Positions 1-9,499 are shown, numbered from the stretch's first letter. The stretch: 64,000 nucleotides of DNA from Candidatus Saganbacteria bacterium (GCA_026387795.1 JAPLLA010000019.1:2972-66971); one strand, 5' to 3'. Numbers and translations are program-made. Notes: a model not told the origin generated them from the sequence alone.

Positions 1-6
1 GAAAAG

Positions 7-1359
7 ATGCGCTTTTTTGTAAAACTCTTGTTATGTTTGTGTTTATTGGTTTTTACGGTTTCTATTTTTGGTTGCGCCCCTACTAAAGGCGGAGACAAAG
101 AGATCACCTTAAATATATGGATCATGCCAAACAGTCTGGAACCGGTTAAAGATTTAGAAGAAATTCTGGCTGGTTTTGAAAAAGAAAATCCGGGAATTAA
201 AGTAAAAGTGACTTCTGTGGACTGGGGTGCAGCGTGGACCAAGATTACTACTGCCGCAACCAGCAAAGATGTGCCTGATATTGTCCAGCTCGGCTCTACT
301 TGGGTAGGGGCAATTTCAGGGATGGGGGCATTGGCTGACCTCAAAGATAAGGTTGGGGAATTGGGAGGCTCTTCCAGTTTTGTCCCGGCAGCTTGGCAGT
401 CTTCTGGCCTCAAAGGTTCAGGGCAAGTCACATCCATCCCCTGGTTTGTAGACGCACGCGCAGTTTTCTATCGCACCGACGTTTTTAAGAAGCTCGGGCT
501 TACCGAAAAAGACCTAAACACCTGGGATTCTTTTGTAAAGACTTTGCAAAAAATAAAAGAGGCAAACCTGACCATTGACGGAGTGAGGATTGTTCCTCTA
601 GGGATGGCAGGAAAGAACGATTGGAATGTTATCCATAACCTGGCTCCCTGGATTTGGGCTGCAGGCGGAGAGTTTATTGCCCCTGACCTTAAAACATCGG
701 TTGTGAACAGTCCGGATGCTCTAAAAGGGGTAATCTTTTATGTCTCTTTAGTGGAAAAAGGGTTTGTGCCGCTGGAATATTTGGAGCTCAACTCCGCACA
801 AGTAAGCAGCAACTTTAACCAAGGGGCGTGTGCCGTTGAGTTTGACGGCCCCTATGAAATAAAAACCTTAACTACTCCTCCTCAACAAGGGGGATCTTTT
901 GGCAGTGTGGCTTCAGAAAACTTTGGAGTTGCTCCTTATCCAACCGGTCCTGCCGGACGCAGCACATTTGTGGGCGGGTCAAACTTGGCAATGTTTAAAG
1001 CAGCCAAACATCCGGAAGCATCCTGGAAAGTGATCAAGTATTTAATGAACAAAGATTCCCAGCTTGCCTATGCAAAAGCAACCGGATTTTTGCCTTCCAG
1101 AACCGAAGTTTTCAATGATACTTATTTCAGCGCAGATCCAAAGAGAAGGGTTTTTAAAGAAGCGCTTAAATACGGCAAAACCTATCCCTGCATTGCATCC
1201 TGGGGGGTATTGGAACCGATCTTAACCCGTCGTTTTGGGATCATGTGGGACTATGTGACCAGGCCGGACAAAGAAGGATTGGTAGACCAACAAAAAATTG
1301 AGGAACAGCTTAAGATGGCAAGGGACGAAATGCAAGTTGTGATTTCCCAAGAGAGGTAG
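7..1359 (+). CDS. ABC transporter extracellular solute-binding protein (carbohydrate type), probable lipoprotein
   Basis: 450-aa ORF; N-terminal hydrophobic signal ending in a lipobox-like FGCAP; family-1 sugar SBP-like composition; first gene of a carbohydrate-utilisation block. Confidence 0.75.
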   Translation: MRFFVKLLLCLCLLVFTVSIFGCAPTKGGDKEITLNIWIMPNSLEPVKDLEEILAGFEKENPGIKVKVTSVDWGAAWTKITTAATSKDVPDIVQLGSTWVGAISGMGALADLKDKVGELGGSSSFVPAAWQSSGLKGSGQVTSIPWFVDARAVFYRTDVFKKLGLTEKDLNTWDSFVKTLQKIKEANLTIDGVRIVPLGMAGKNDWNVIHNLAPWIWAAGGEFIAPDLKTSVVNSPDALKGVIFYVSLVEKGFVPLEYLELNSAQVSSNFNQGACAVEFDGPYEIKTLTTPPQQGGSFGSVASENFGVAPYPTGPAGRSTFVGGSNLAMFKAAKHPEASWKVIKYLMNKDSQLAYAKATGFLPSRTEVFNDTYFSADPKRRVFKEALKYGKTYPCIASWGVLEPILTRRFGIMWDYVTRPDKEGLVDQQKIEEQLKMARDEMQVVISQER

Positions 1360-1363
1360 AGCA

Positions 1364-3193
1364 ATGTGTGGAATATTTGGCTACATTGGAGAAAAAGAAG
1401 CTCTTCCCTATATTCTTGAGGGATTAAAAAAGCTGGAGTATCGTGGCTACGACTCTTCCGGGGTTGCAGTTTTGAAGAACGGTAAGGTTACCTGCGTAAA
1501 AAAAGAAGGCAAGATCAAAAACCTCGAAAAAGCCCTGGAGAAAAAAGACCTTTCCGGAAAAATCGGGATTGGTCATACTCGCTGGGCAACCCACGGCAGG
1601 CCATCGGACGAAAACAGCCATCCCCACGCAGACTGCAAAGGAGAGATTTTTGTAGTCCACAACGGGATCATAGAAAATTACTTGATGTTAAGAAGGGCGC
1701 TGGCTGAAAAAGGGCACAAATTTCACTCCACAACAGACACCGAAGTCCTGGCACATTTAATTGAAGAGCATTTAAAAGGAAACTTGGAAGAAGCGGTCCG
1801 AGGGGCTTTGCGCGAAGTAGAAGGCTCCTATGCCATTGCGGTTATTTGCAGCAAATATCCAGACCAGATTGTAGCGGCACGTAAAGCCAGTCCATTGGTG
1901 ATTGGGATAGAAGAAAATGGGACTTTTATTTCTTCAGATATTCCCGCATTGCTTAAATACACAAGCAAGGTTATTTACCTAAAGGACGAAGAGATTGCTA
2001 CAGTTAAAAGAAAAAAAGGGCACATTTGCACTTTAAGCGGAAAGCCGGTAAAAAGAAAACCGGTTTTTATTTCTTGGGACCCGGAGTCAGCAGAAAAAGG
2101 CGGCTACTCCCATTTCATGCTCAAAGAGATCCATGAGCAGCCAAAAGCAATCCGCGACACCCTAAAAGGGAGAATACGGCCGGATAAGGCTGAGATTCAT
2201 TTTGACGAAATGAAATTTTCCGCGGATGATTTTAAGAAAATTAACCGCGTTGTTTTTACTGCTTGCGGTACCAGCTGGCATGCGGGCTTGGTTGGAGAAT
2301 ATCTTTTTGAGCAGATCGCAAAGGTTATGACCGAGGTTGAATATGCCGCAGAGTTCCGTTATCGCGACCCAGTTATGGACGACAAGACCTTGGTAATTGC
2401 AATCAGCCAATCCGGTGAAACCGCAGATACCTTGGCAGCAATAGAAGAAGCAAAAGAAAAAGGGGCAAAAGTACTTTCGATTTGCAACGTAGTAGGTTCT
2501 TCTATTGCCAGGGAGTCGGACGCAGTGGTTTATACTTATGCGGGCCCTGAGATTGGGGTTGCTTCTACCAAAGCATTTACCACGCAATTGACTGTGATCT
2601 ATCTTTTGGCTTTGCTCATGGGGCAAGTCAAAGGGACCATTTCTAAAGCAGATATCAAACAACGCATTTCCGAGCTTTTGGAGCTTCCCCAAAAAATGGA
2701 ATCACTTTTGGAGCGGGAAAAAGATGTAGAAGAAATAGCCTCCAGGTATTACGAATGTAGCAATGCCCTTTATTTAGGAAGAGGGAAGGGCTTTCCTATT
2801 GCACTGGAAGGAGCGCTCAAGCTTAAAGAAGTATCTTACATCCATGCAGAAGGATATCCTGCAGCAGAAATGAAACATGGTCCCATTGCCTTAATTGATA
2901 AAAACATGCCGGTAGTGGTTTTGGCCCTGCAAGGCCGCCGCTACGAAAAAATTCTGGGCAACATTGAGGAAGTAAAAGCCAGGGGAGGAATTGTAATTGC
3001 AGTTGCAAACGAAGGAGACGACGATATTTGGGAAAAAGCAGATGAAGTGATTTTTATCCCGCGCACATCGGAAATCATTTCCACTCTGCTTGCCATTGTT
3101 CCGCTTCAGCTTTTTGCTTACTATATTGCGGTAAAACGCGGCTGCCACATAGACCAGCCGCGCAATTTGGCAAAAAGCGTAACTGTAGAGTAA
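1364..3193 (+). CDS. glmS: glutamine--fructose-6-phosphate aminotransferase
   Basis: 609 aa; N-terminal MCGIFGY (Ntn amidotransferase catalytic Cys2); two SIS domains; C-terminal ...KSVTVE typical of GlmS. Confidence 0.95.
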   Translation: MCGIFGYIGEKEALPYILEGLKKLEYRGYDSSGVAVLKNGKVTCVKKEGKIKNLEKALEKKDLSGKIGIGHTRWATHGRPSDENSHPHADCKGEIFVVHNGIIENYLMLRRALAEKGHKFHSTTDTEVLAHLIEEHLKGNLEEAVRGALREVEGSYAIAVICSKYPDQIVAARKASPLVIGIEENGTFISSDIPALLKYTSKVIYLKDEEIATVKRKKGHICTLSGKPVKRKPVFISWDPESAEKGGYSHFMLKEIHEQPKAIRDTLKGRIRPDKAEIHFDEMKFSADDFKKINRVVFTACGTSWHAGLVGEYLFEQIAKVMTEVEYAAEFRYRDPVMDDKTLVIAISQSGETADTLAAIEEAKEKGAKVLSICNVVGSSIARESDAVVYTYAGPEIGVASTKAFTTQLTVIYLLALLMGQVKGTISKADIKQRISELLELPQKMESLLEREKDVEEIASRYYECSNALYLGRGKGFPIALEGALKLKEVSYIHAEGYPAAEMKHGPIALIDKNMPVVVLALQGRRYEKILGNIEEVKARGGIVIAVANEGDDDIWEKADEVIFIPRTSEIISTLLAIVPLQLFAYYIAVKRGCHIDQPRNLAKSVTVE

Positions 3194-3196
3194 AAC

Positions 3197-5278
3197 ATGC
3201 AAAACCCTTTTGGCGTAACTTTTTATCCTGAACTCTGGTCAAAAAACGAAGTCAAAGAAGCTTTTGTTTTAATCAAAAAAAGCGGCTTTAATATTATCCG
3301 TTTTGGCGAAATCAGCTGGGGAGAAGTAGAACCAAAAGACGGCAAATTTGATTTCCGCGCTTTTGATGAAGCATTTAAAATTGCCCAAAAACTCGGGCTT
3401 AAAATTTTACTTGGCCTCGGTGTTTCACAAGCTCCGCAATGGTTAATCGCCAAGCATCCAGAGTTCAAGCAGGTCTCTTCTTGCGGTTTTACGCATCCCG
3501 AATACGGCCCGCGGCCAAATGTATGCAGGGATAACCCCAGGTTTTTAAAATATGCCAAGCGCTATGTCGAAAAAGTACTTAAACGTTACGCCAAACATCC
3601 TGCACTTGCAATGTGGCAGATTGACAATGAGCCAAACTATCCGCCGCTAGACCTTACAAACAACTGCTTGGATTTTTGCCACTGTCCTGCCACGCGTAAA
3701 GCTTTTATTGATTGGCTTAGGGAGAGATACAAAACCATAGACAAGCTGAACCAAGCTATGGGAACAAGTTTCTGGGGAAATCGCCTGGGGAATTTTGCCG
3801 ACATTGCTACTCCCAAAGGCGGATTTTGGGATGCCGGTAACCCGCATTTTTATCTGGAATGGATGCGCTTCAAAAGCGAACAACTTAGCAAGTGGCTCTG
3901 CTGGTTAAAAGGGCTGGTCCGAAAATACGATAAAGAACATCCAGTGGGAACCAATAATTTTGTGGGAATCTGCTGCCGTACCCCCGACCATCTTAAGCTT
4001 GCCCGTGGAATGGATTATTACGGCTGGGATGTTTACCCAAAGGGGACCAGAAATTCTCCTGAGAGCTTGGCGGAACACGCAGACCATTGGAGAGGAATAT
4101 GCGAAGCAAATAATGCCGCATTTATTCTTTCCGAACTCCAAGGCGGACGCAATGTGCGCTGGGGTTATCCGGGTTGGGTAAAAGGGGAAGAAATCTACAC
4201 TTGGTCGCATCAAGTAGCAGCGCATGGTGCCAAAGGCATTTTATATCATGCTTTAAGACCCCCCCTGTTTGGCAGTGAAACCGGCGGCTTTGGGATTTTG
4301 GGTGCGGACGGAGGAGAAACAGACCGGCTGCAGGAAATTGTAAAAGCAGGTAAAGAATTAAAACAGGTTTGGCCGATTATTAAAGATGCAAAGCTAAAAG
4401 CAGAAATTGCGATTGTATATTTAAAAAGTGCGGAGATCCAAACTTATCAAGAAGAAGGTCCGGTGCGCTCTGTGCCTGCGGGTTGGGTTGGAGGGCGTGG
4501 GGACATTGGGCTTATGTATGGGCTGGATAGCATTGCAGGCGCATACAGGGTACTTTGGGACTGGGACCTGCCCGGAGAATTTCTTTTTGAAGATAACCTG
4601 GCCAAAGAACTCCCTTCTTATAAAGCGATCCTTCTTCCCAATCCATATCTTTTGGACACAAAAACCGCCCAGGCTTTAATGCAATTTGTAAAGAATGGCG
4701 GCAGCCTGATTACAGAAGCGCGGTTTGGAATGAAGGACGAGCTTGGACATCTGCGTCCGCAGCCATTCCTTCAAAACTTTTTTTCCGTTAGGTACATTGG
4801 CACAGAAGTGATTGAAGGAGAAAAAACACTCAAAAAATTAGGCGGCAAAATTACGGGTTTTAGGGATTTAATAGAAACCAAAGAAGAGGTAGCGGGCTAT
4901 TTTGAAGATGGCAAGCCGGCTTTAATTTTAAAAAAAGTAGGCAAGGGTACCATTGTTTATGCGACATTTAGTTTATTTGCAAATCTGCTTAAATATGAAA
5001 ACTTAAATATCGTCAGATGGCTGCGCAAGCATTTGCCGGAGCCTTTTTACAAATTAAAAGCGAGCGAAGAAGTGGAAATAGTGCCGTGGGAAGACAAAGA
5101 CCTTTTCTTTTATGCAATTAACCATGCGGACAAAGAAGAAAAAGTAAAAATTACCCTCCAAAATAAGGTCAAAAAAGCGGAAGATTTATTAGGGAAATCC
5201 GATTGCGTAGTTTTGCAAGGTACGATACAATTTTCTCTCATGCCGAGAGGCGTAAAACTTATTAAAGTGCACCAGTAA
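3197..5278 (+). CDS. glycoside hydrolase family 42 beta-galactosidase-like protein
   Basis: 693 aa; N-terminal GVTFYPELW...FNIIRFGEISWGEVEP, characteristic of GH42 TIM-barrel enzymes. Confidence 0.75.
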   Translation: MQNPFGVTFYPELWSKNEVKEAFVLIKKSGFNIIRFGEISWGEVEPKDGKFDFRAFDEAFKIAQKLGLKILLGLGVSQAPQWLIAKHPEFKQVSSCGFTHPEYGPRPNVCRDNPRFLKYAKRYVEKVLKRYAKHPALAMWQIDNEPNYPPLDLTNNCLDFCHCPATRKAFIDWLRERYKTIDKLNQAMGTSFWGNRLGNFADIATPKGGFWDAGNPHFYLEWMRFKSEQLSKWLCWLKGLVRKYDKEHPVGTNNFVGICCRTPDHLKLARGMDYYGWDVYPKGTRNSPESLAEHADHWRGICEANNAAFILSELQGGRNVRWGYPGWVKGEEIYTWSHQVAAHGAKGILYHALRPPLFGSETGGFGILGADGGETDRLQEIVKAGKELKQVWPIIKDAKLKAEIAIVYLKSAEIQTYQEEGPVRSVPAGWVGGRGDIGLMYGLDSIAGAYRVLWDWDLPGEFLFEDNLAKELPSYKAILLPNPYLLDTKTAQALMQFVKNGGSLITEARFGMKDELGHLRPQPFLQNFFSVRYIGTEVIEGEKTLKKLGGKITGFRDLIETKEEVAGYFEDGKPALILKKVGKGTIVYATFSLFANLLKYENLNIVRWLRKHLPEPFYKLKASEEVEIVPWEDKDLFFYAINHADKEEKVKITLQNKVKKAEDLLGKSDCVVLQGTIQFSLMPRGVKLIKVHQ

Positions 5279-5289
5279 GGAGAAAGCAA

Positions 5290-7644
5290 ATGAAGTACGG
5301 ATTTTTTGACAAGAAAAATAGGGAATATGTAATTACCAGACCGGATACGCCGCTCCCCTGGATCAATTATTTGGGCAGTGAAGAATACTGCGCGCTTTTT
5401 TCAAACACCGCAGGCGGATACAGTTTTTGCGTAGACCCTCTTTACCGCAGACTGCTTCGCTACCGTTACAACAATGTCCCTATGGACCGCGGCGGCAGAT
5501 ACATATATATAAGGGACAACAAGACCAAGGAATATTGGTCCCCAACCTGGCAGCCGGTTTTAAAAGACCTCAAGCATTTTAAATACGAGTGCCGTCATGG
5601 TACAGGGTATTCCGTGATTTCTTCAGAATATGACGGAGTACAAACCAAAGGGACCTATTTTGTCCCGCTAGGGGAGAACTGCGAAGTGTGGATGCTGCAA
5701 GTTAAAAATGTTTCTAAAGCAGCCAAGAAAAAAAACTTAACGGTTTTTTCTTTTGTGGAATTCTGCTTGTGGGACGCATTAAACGACATGACAGATTTTC
5801 AATATAACTTGAACATCGGCCAAACCGAATATACAGATGGGGTTATTTGGCACCTGACCCGCTACAGAGTAGAAAAATACCAATTTGCCTATTTAGCCTG
5901 CACCAACCAGGATGTAACCAGTTTTGATTCAGACCGGGACAGCTTTCTTGGGCCTTACGGTTCTTTTGAAAATCCCAAAGCAGTAAAAGACGGCAAATGC
6001 TCAAACTCTATTGCGTGCGGTTGGTCTCCGGTTGGTTCGCACTGTGTCCCTATTACACTGAACGATAAAAACGAAGAAACCGTTATTTTTGTACTTGGCT
6101 ATAACACAGACAAAAAAGACGTAAAAAGGATCTTAAAGAAATTCGATTCCAAAACAAAGGTGGAAAAAGAGATCCAAAAGCTCAAAGAGTATTGGGAAGA
6201 GAGCCTCAACAAGTTCACAGTTGAAACCGAAGACGAAGAAATGAACACAATGTTAAACACCTGGAACCAGTACCAATGCCGTACCACTTTTAACTGGTCC
6301 CGTTCCGCTTCTTACTACGAAGCGGGCATCGGCCGCGGCATGGGTTTTAGGGATTCAAACCAAGATACCTTGGGCTTTGTGCATCAGATCCCGCAAAAGG
6401 TAAAAGAGAGAATTATTGATATCGCTTCTACTCAATTTGAGAACGGAAGCGCAAACCACCAGTATCAGCCGCTTACCAAAAAAGGTGCTGGCGGAGGATT
6501 TTCCGACGACCATCTTTGGCTAATTATTTCTGTGGCAGGATACATTAAAGAAACTGGAGACTTTGCTTTCCTGTCTCAAAAAGTCCCGTTTGAAAACGGC
6601 AAAAAAGCGCCGATGTACGAACATTTGGAAAAAGCGATTGAATATACCATGACTAACCTGGGTCCGCACGGATTGCCCAAAATGTTTAAAGCAGATTGGA
6701 ACGATTGCTTAAACCTTCCTGGGGCCAAAGGCCAGTCAGAATCCGTGATGGTTGCCCAGCAGTTGGTTTACGTAGCCCGCGAAATGGAAAAACTGGCAGT
6801 ATACGCAGGTAAGTCGGAAGATGCGGAAAAATATGCCAAGTATGCTCAGCAAATGACCAAGAGCATCAATTCCGTAGCTTGGGATGGTTCTTGGTATTTA
6901 CGCGCTTTTACAGACGATAAGGAAGCAGTGGGATCTTCCAAATGCAAAGAAGGAAAGATTTACCTGGAAACACAGCCTTGGGCGGTTATGAGCGGAAGCG
7001 CGCCGGAAGATCGGGCAAAAAAGTGCATGGATTCTGTTTACAAGCATTTGTTCAGCAAGCACGGGATCATGATCCTGCAGCCTTCTTACGAAGAGTATCC
7101 TCCTGAGCTTGGTACGATCGGTTTTTACCCTCCGGGGCTTAAAGAAAACGGAGCGATCTTTTGTCATCCAAACCCATGGGCCATGGTTGCAGAATGCATG
7201 TTGGGCAGGGGAGACCGCGCGTTTGAATATTACAAAGCGATCCTTCCGGCAGCGCGCAACGACATAGCAGAGATCCATCGTACAGAGCCATATGTCTACT
7301 GCCAAATGATTGCGGGCCGTGACCACGCTAAGTTTGGAGAAGGCAAAAACTCTTGGTTGACTGGTTCTGCTTGCTGGAACTTTGTAGCAGCATCACAATG
7401 GATCCTTGGCATCCGCCCAGATTACGAAGGACTGATGGTTGATCCTTGCATTCCAAAAGGATGGGACGGTTTTGAAGTAAAGAGAGTATTTAGAGGCGCA
7501 ACCTATTACATTACTGTAAGAAACCCCAAACATGTTTCAAAAGGGATCAAAGAAGTTACAGTAGATGGTAAAAAGGTTGAATCCAATGTTGTCCCTGTCT
7601 TTTCAGATGGCGGCGAGCATTTTGTGGAAGTCCTCATGGGGTAG
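5290..7644 (+). CDS. glycoside hydrolase family 94 glycosyl phosphorylase (cellobiose/chitobiose phosphorylase-like)
   Basis: 784 aa; N-terminal ...ITRPDTPLPWINYLG... and overall length typical of GH94 disaccharide phosphorylases. Confidence 0.8.
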   Translation: MKYGFFDKKNREYVITRPDTPLPWINYLGSEEYCALFSNTAGGYSFCVDPLYRRLLRYRYNNVPMDRGGRYIYIRDNKTKEYWSPTWQPVLKDLKHFKYECRHGTGYSVISSEYDGVQTKGTYFVPLGENCEVWMLQVKNVSKAAKKKNLTVFSFVEFCLWDALNDMTDFQYNLNIGQTEYTDGVIWHLTRYRVEKYQFAYLACTNQDVTSFDSDRDSFLGPYGSFENPKAVKDGKCSNSIACGWSPVGSHCVPITLNDKNEETVIFVLGYNTDKKDVKRILKKFDSKTKVEKEIQKLKEYWEESLNKFTVETEDEEMNTMLNTWNQYQCRTTFNWSRSASYYEAGIGRGMGFRDSNQDTLGFVHQIPQKVKERIIDIASTQFENGSANHQYQPLTKKGAGGGFSDDHLWLIISVAGYIKETGDFAFLSQKVPFENGKKAPMYEHLEKAIEYTMTNLGPHGLPKMFKADWNDCLNLPGAKGQSESVMVAQQLVYVAREMEKLAVYAGKSEDAEKYAKYAQQMTKSINSVAWDGSWYLRAFTDDKEAVGSSKCKEGKIYLETQPWAVMSGSAPEDRAKKCMDSVYKHLFSKHGIMILQPSYEEYPPELGTIGFYPPGLKENGAIFCHPNPWAMVAECMLGRGDRAFEYYKAILPAARNDIAEIHRTEPYVYCQMIAGRDHAKFGEGKNSWLTGSACWNFVAASQWILGIRPDYEGLMVDPCIPKGWDGFEVKRVFRGATYYITVRNPKHVSKGIKEVTVDGKKVESNVVPVFSDGGEHFVEVLMG

Positions 7645-7664
7645 AGATTTGTCCTAGGCCAACG

Positions 7665-7718
7665 CCGGGAATCCCGGTGTATTGACAAGATACCGGGAAT
7701 CCCGGTATAATTGCAAAT
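7665..7718 (+). promoter_or_regulatory. consensus sigma70-type promoter TTGACA-18-TATAAT with two copies of a CCGGGAATCCCGG near-palindrome; predicted leaderless start at the ATG of the 7719 gene
   Basis: TTGACA at 7682-7687 and TATAAT at 7706-7711; near-palindromes at 7665-7677 and 7693-7705, the second inside the spacer; ATG at 7719 with no SD. Confidence 0.6.
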
Positions 7719-8681
7719 ATGAAGATCCACTTGCCAAATAGCGCTTTTTTGGGTAATATTGACCCTTTTATTCGCGGGTTTGATCCTTTATCAGACAATG
7801 TTCTGGAAATTTCCGCCAATGATAAATGGATTTCAGTTCATCCAGTGGTTTTATCGATGATTGCCGCACTTGGCTTGACAATTGATGCCAAGAATATTTC
7901 TTGTGCTAAGTTTGAAGCAAAATCAAAACACTATCTTGCGCGCATGGGACTTTTTCAAATATTGGGAATTAGATCAGACTTTGATTTTGTGGAGCACGAA
8001 CCTGCCGGCCGCTTTATTCCTGTCACCCAGATAAAAACGTCAGGCGAGCTGACAAAATTCATCACCGAAATGATCCCTCTTTTACATCTTGAGCCGGAGC
8101 AGGCGAAAACGATCGGTTACATTGTAAGCGAATTAGCGCGAAATGTTATTGAGCATGCTGCTTCCGAAAAAGGGGCAGTATTGTGCGCCCAATATTATAA
8201 AAAAAGCAATTCAATCCGCGTTGGGATTGCTGATACTGGTGTTGGCATAAAAAAAACGATCAATCAATCCTATGCTGCGGCAACTGATCTGGAGGCTGTT
8301 AAACTTGCCCTGCAGCCGGGAATTACAGGAACAACAAGAAGAGAAGGGGGTACAGAGCAAAATGCCGGGGCAGGACTGTTTTTTATAAAATCCATTGCCA
8401 GCGTGAACCGGGACTTTTTTGTCATTTACAGCGGATCAGGATTTTATAAGCTGCTGAAAAAAACATCGCGAGTAAGACCGCAGCTAAATGCAAACCCGGA
8501 AAAAGACCGGCACTCGGAAAGCGATGAAATGCCTTTTTGGCATGGGACTATTGTGGGGATAGACATTTCCCTTAACCAGACCGAAGAATTTTCCCTGTTG
8601 CTGGATGCCATAAGAAAAACCTATAGTACTGCTCTGAAAGAAAGAAGAAAATCACGCTATAGGAAGCCAAGGTTTATATGA
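7719..8681 (+). CDS. GHKL-type ATP-binding protein (HATPase_c-like, RsbW/anti-sigma-kinase-like) with unknown N-terminal domain
   Basis: 320 aa; N-box-like SELARNVIEHA, G1-like GIADTGVGI and G2-like GAGLFFIKS motifs. Confidence 0.6.
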   Translation: MKIHLPNSAFLGNIDPFIRGFDPLSDNVLEISANDKWISVHPVVLSMIAALGLTIDAKNISCAKFEAKSKHYLARMGLFQILGIRSDFDFVEHEPAGRFIPVTQIKTSGELTKFITEMIPLLHLEPEQAKTIGYIVSELARNVIEHAASEKGAVLCAQYYKKSNSIRVGIADTGVGIKKTINQSYAAATDLEAVKLALQPGITGTTRREGGTEQNAGAGLFFIKSIASVNRDFFVIYSGSGFYKLLKKTSRVRPQLNANPEKDRHSESDEMPFWHGTIVGIDISLNQTEEFSLLLDAIRKTYSTALKERRKSRYRKPRFI

Positions 8682-8962
8682 AGCAGATAAATATTTTTGA
8701 TAAAGCTGGATCGTTTGCGGAAAATAAAGACATTGCTAAAGCGGTCCGGATAGAAGAGATCCTTCCTGCGTTAAACAAGCAGGAGGAAATTATCCTGGAT
8801 TTCAAAAACGTTGAGGCTGCTACGCAGTCTTTTATCCACGCGCTTCTCAGCGATGTTATAAGGAAATACGGCGGCGAGGTTTTGGACAAAATATCTTTTA
8901 GATCGTGTAATGATACCGTAAAAAAGATAATAGGCATTGTGGTTGACTACATGCAGGAGTAA
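8678..8962 (+). CDS. small STAS-like (DUF4325-like) protein, putative partner of the upstream ATPase
   Basis: 94 aa; start overlaps the stop of the upstream gene (ATGA); size and pattern of STAS-like antagonist proteins. Confidence 0.5.
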   Translation: MKQINIFDKAGSFAENKDIAKAVRIEEILPALNKQEEIILDFKNVEAATQSFIHALLSDVIRKYGGEVLDKISFRSCNDTVKKIIGIVVDYMQE

Positions 8963-8968
8963 AGCACT

Positions 8969-8999
8969 GGTGTGCCATTTTGGCACACCTCTATTTTCC
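8969..8999 (+). terminator. intrinsic terminator-like hairpin after the STAS-like gene
   Basis: GGTGTGCCA-TTTT-TGGCACACC stem-loop followed by a T-rich tract. Confidence 0.45.
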
Positions 9000-9041
9000 G
9001 ACGGCGGCGAGCATTTTGTGGAAGTGGCGATGGGGTAAGAC
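9000..9041. repeat. displaced ~42-bp copy of the 3' end of the GH94 gene; direct repeat partner of 7606-7647
   Basis: GACGGCGGCGAGCATTTTGTGGAAGTGGCGATGGGGTAAGA versus GATGGCGGCGAGCATTTTGTGGAAGTCCTCATGGGGTAGAGA at 7606-7647; both encode ...SDGGEHFVEV.MG*. Confidence 0.65.
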
Positions 9042-9169
9042 AAGGAGCCAGATATTTTTTTATTAGCTTCCTCCGGTTCCATTGCTATTGCAGTCAGCTT
9101 TTATTTGTTCCATTTTTCTGCCTCACGAGGCTAATTTTGTTAATAGGTTCAAAAATCTTTTCAGATTAG

Positions 9170-9427
9170 TTAGGAGGCTCCTCCACTACCATCCGAGCAC
9201 TCTCCTGTGGCACCTGTTCCTGGAGCACAAAGCTCTGTTGAGATAACATCTCCGCCATCGCCACAGCCGAATGCTGCCGAAGGGCCCGTATTACACGAGT
9301 TGTTTGCTATTCCCCCATTGGCAACACATCCGCCAGCAGCATTTGAACCCGCAGGGCAAGCATCTCCGTATGTCTTTCGGGAAGCTAAACTTAGTAGGCC
9401 TGGGGCTTGATATTTTATCTTTTCCAT
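9170..9427 (-). CDS. Cys/Gly/Ala-rich small protein (85 aa) ending ...GSGGAS
   Basis: ATG at 9427 preceded by GGAGGA SD; sequence MEKIKYQAPGLLSLASRKTYGD followed by a low-complexity C/G/S/T/A-rich region with 7 Cys; immediately downstream of the JAMM gene on the same strand. Confidence 0.45.
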   Translation of the reverse strand: MEKIKYQAPGLLSLASRKTYGDACPAGSNAAGGCVANGGIANNSCNTGPSAAFGCGDGGDVISTELCAPGTGATGECSDGSGGAS

Positions 9428-9474
9428 TTTATTCCTCCGCAGGTTGATTTTAGTAAAGCATACACTATGGAATA

Positions 9475-9484
9475 GGGGGGGGGG
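9475..9484. repeat. G10 (C10 on the coding strand) homopolymer tract in the JAMM/small-protein intergenic gap
   Basis: direct read: aataGGGGGGGGGGcaagg. Confidence 0.85.
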
Positions 9485-9499
9485 CAAGGAGAAAAACCG

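Noticed and set aside
1424-3202. Minus-strand ORFs of 60-176 aa overlapping glmS (1424-1660, 2162-2692, 2823-3008, 2891-3202)
   Set aside because: Antisense shadow ORFs inside a well-supported conserved gene; Cys/Phe-rich translations typical of out-of-frame readings.
8771-9169. ORFs 8771-9082 (minus) and 8972-9169 (plus) spanning the cassette junction
   Set aside because: They overlap the displaced GH94 3'-end copy and the terminator; no SD or motifs; probably non-coding.
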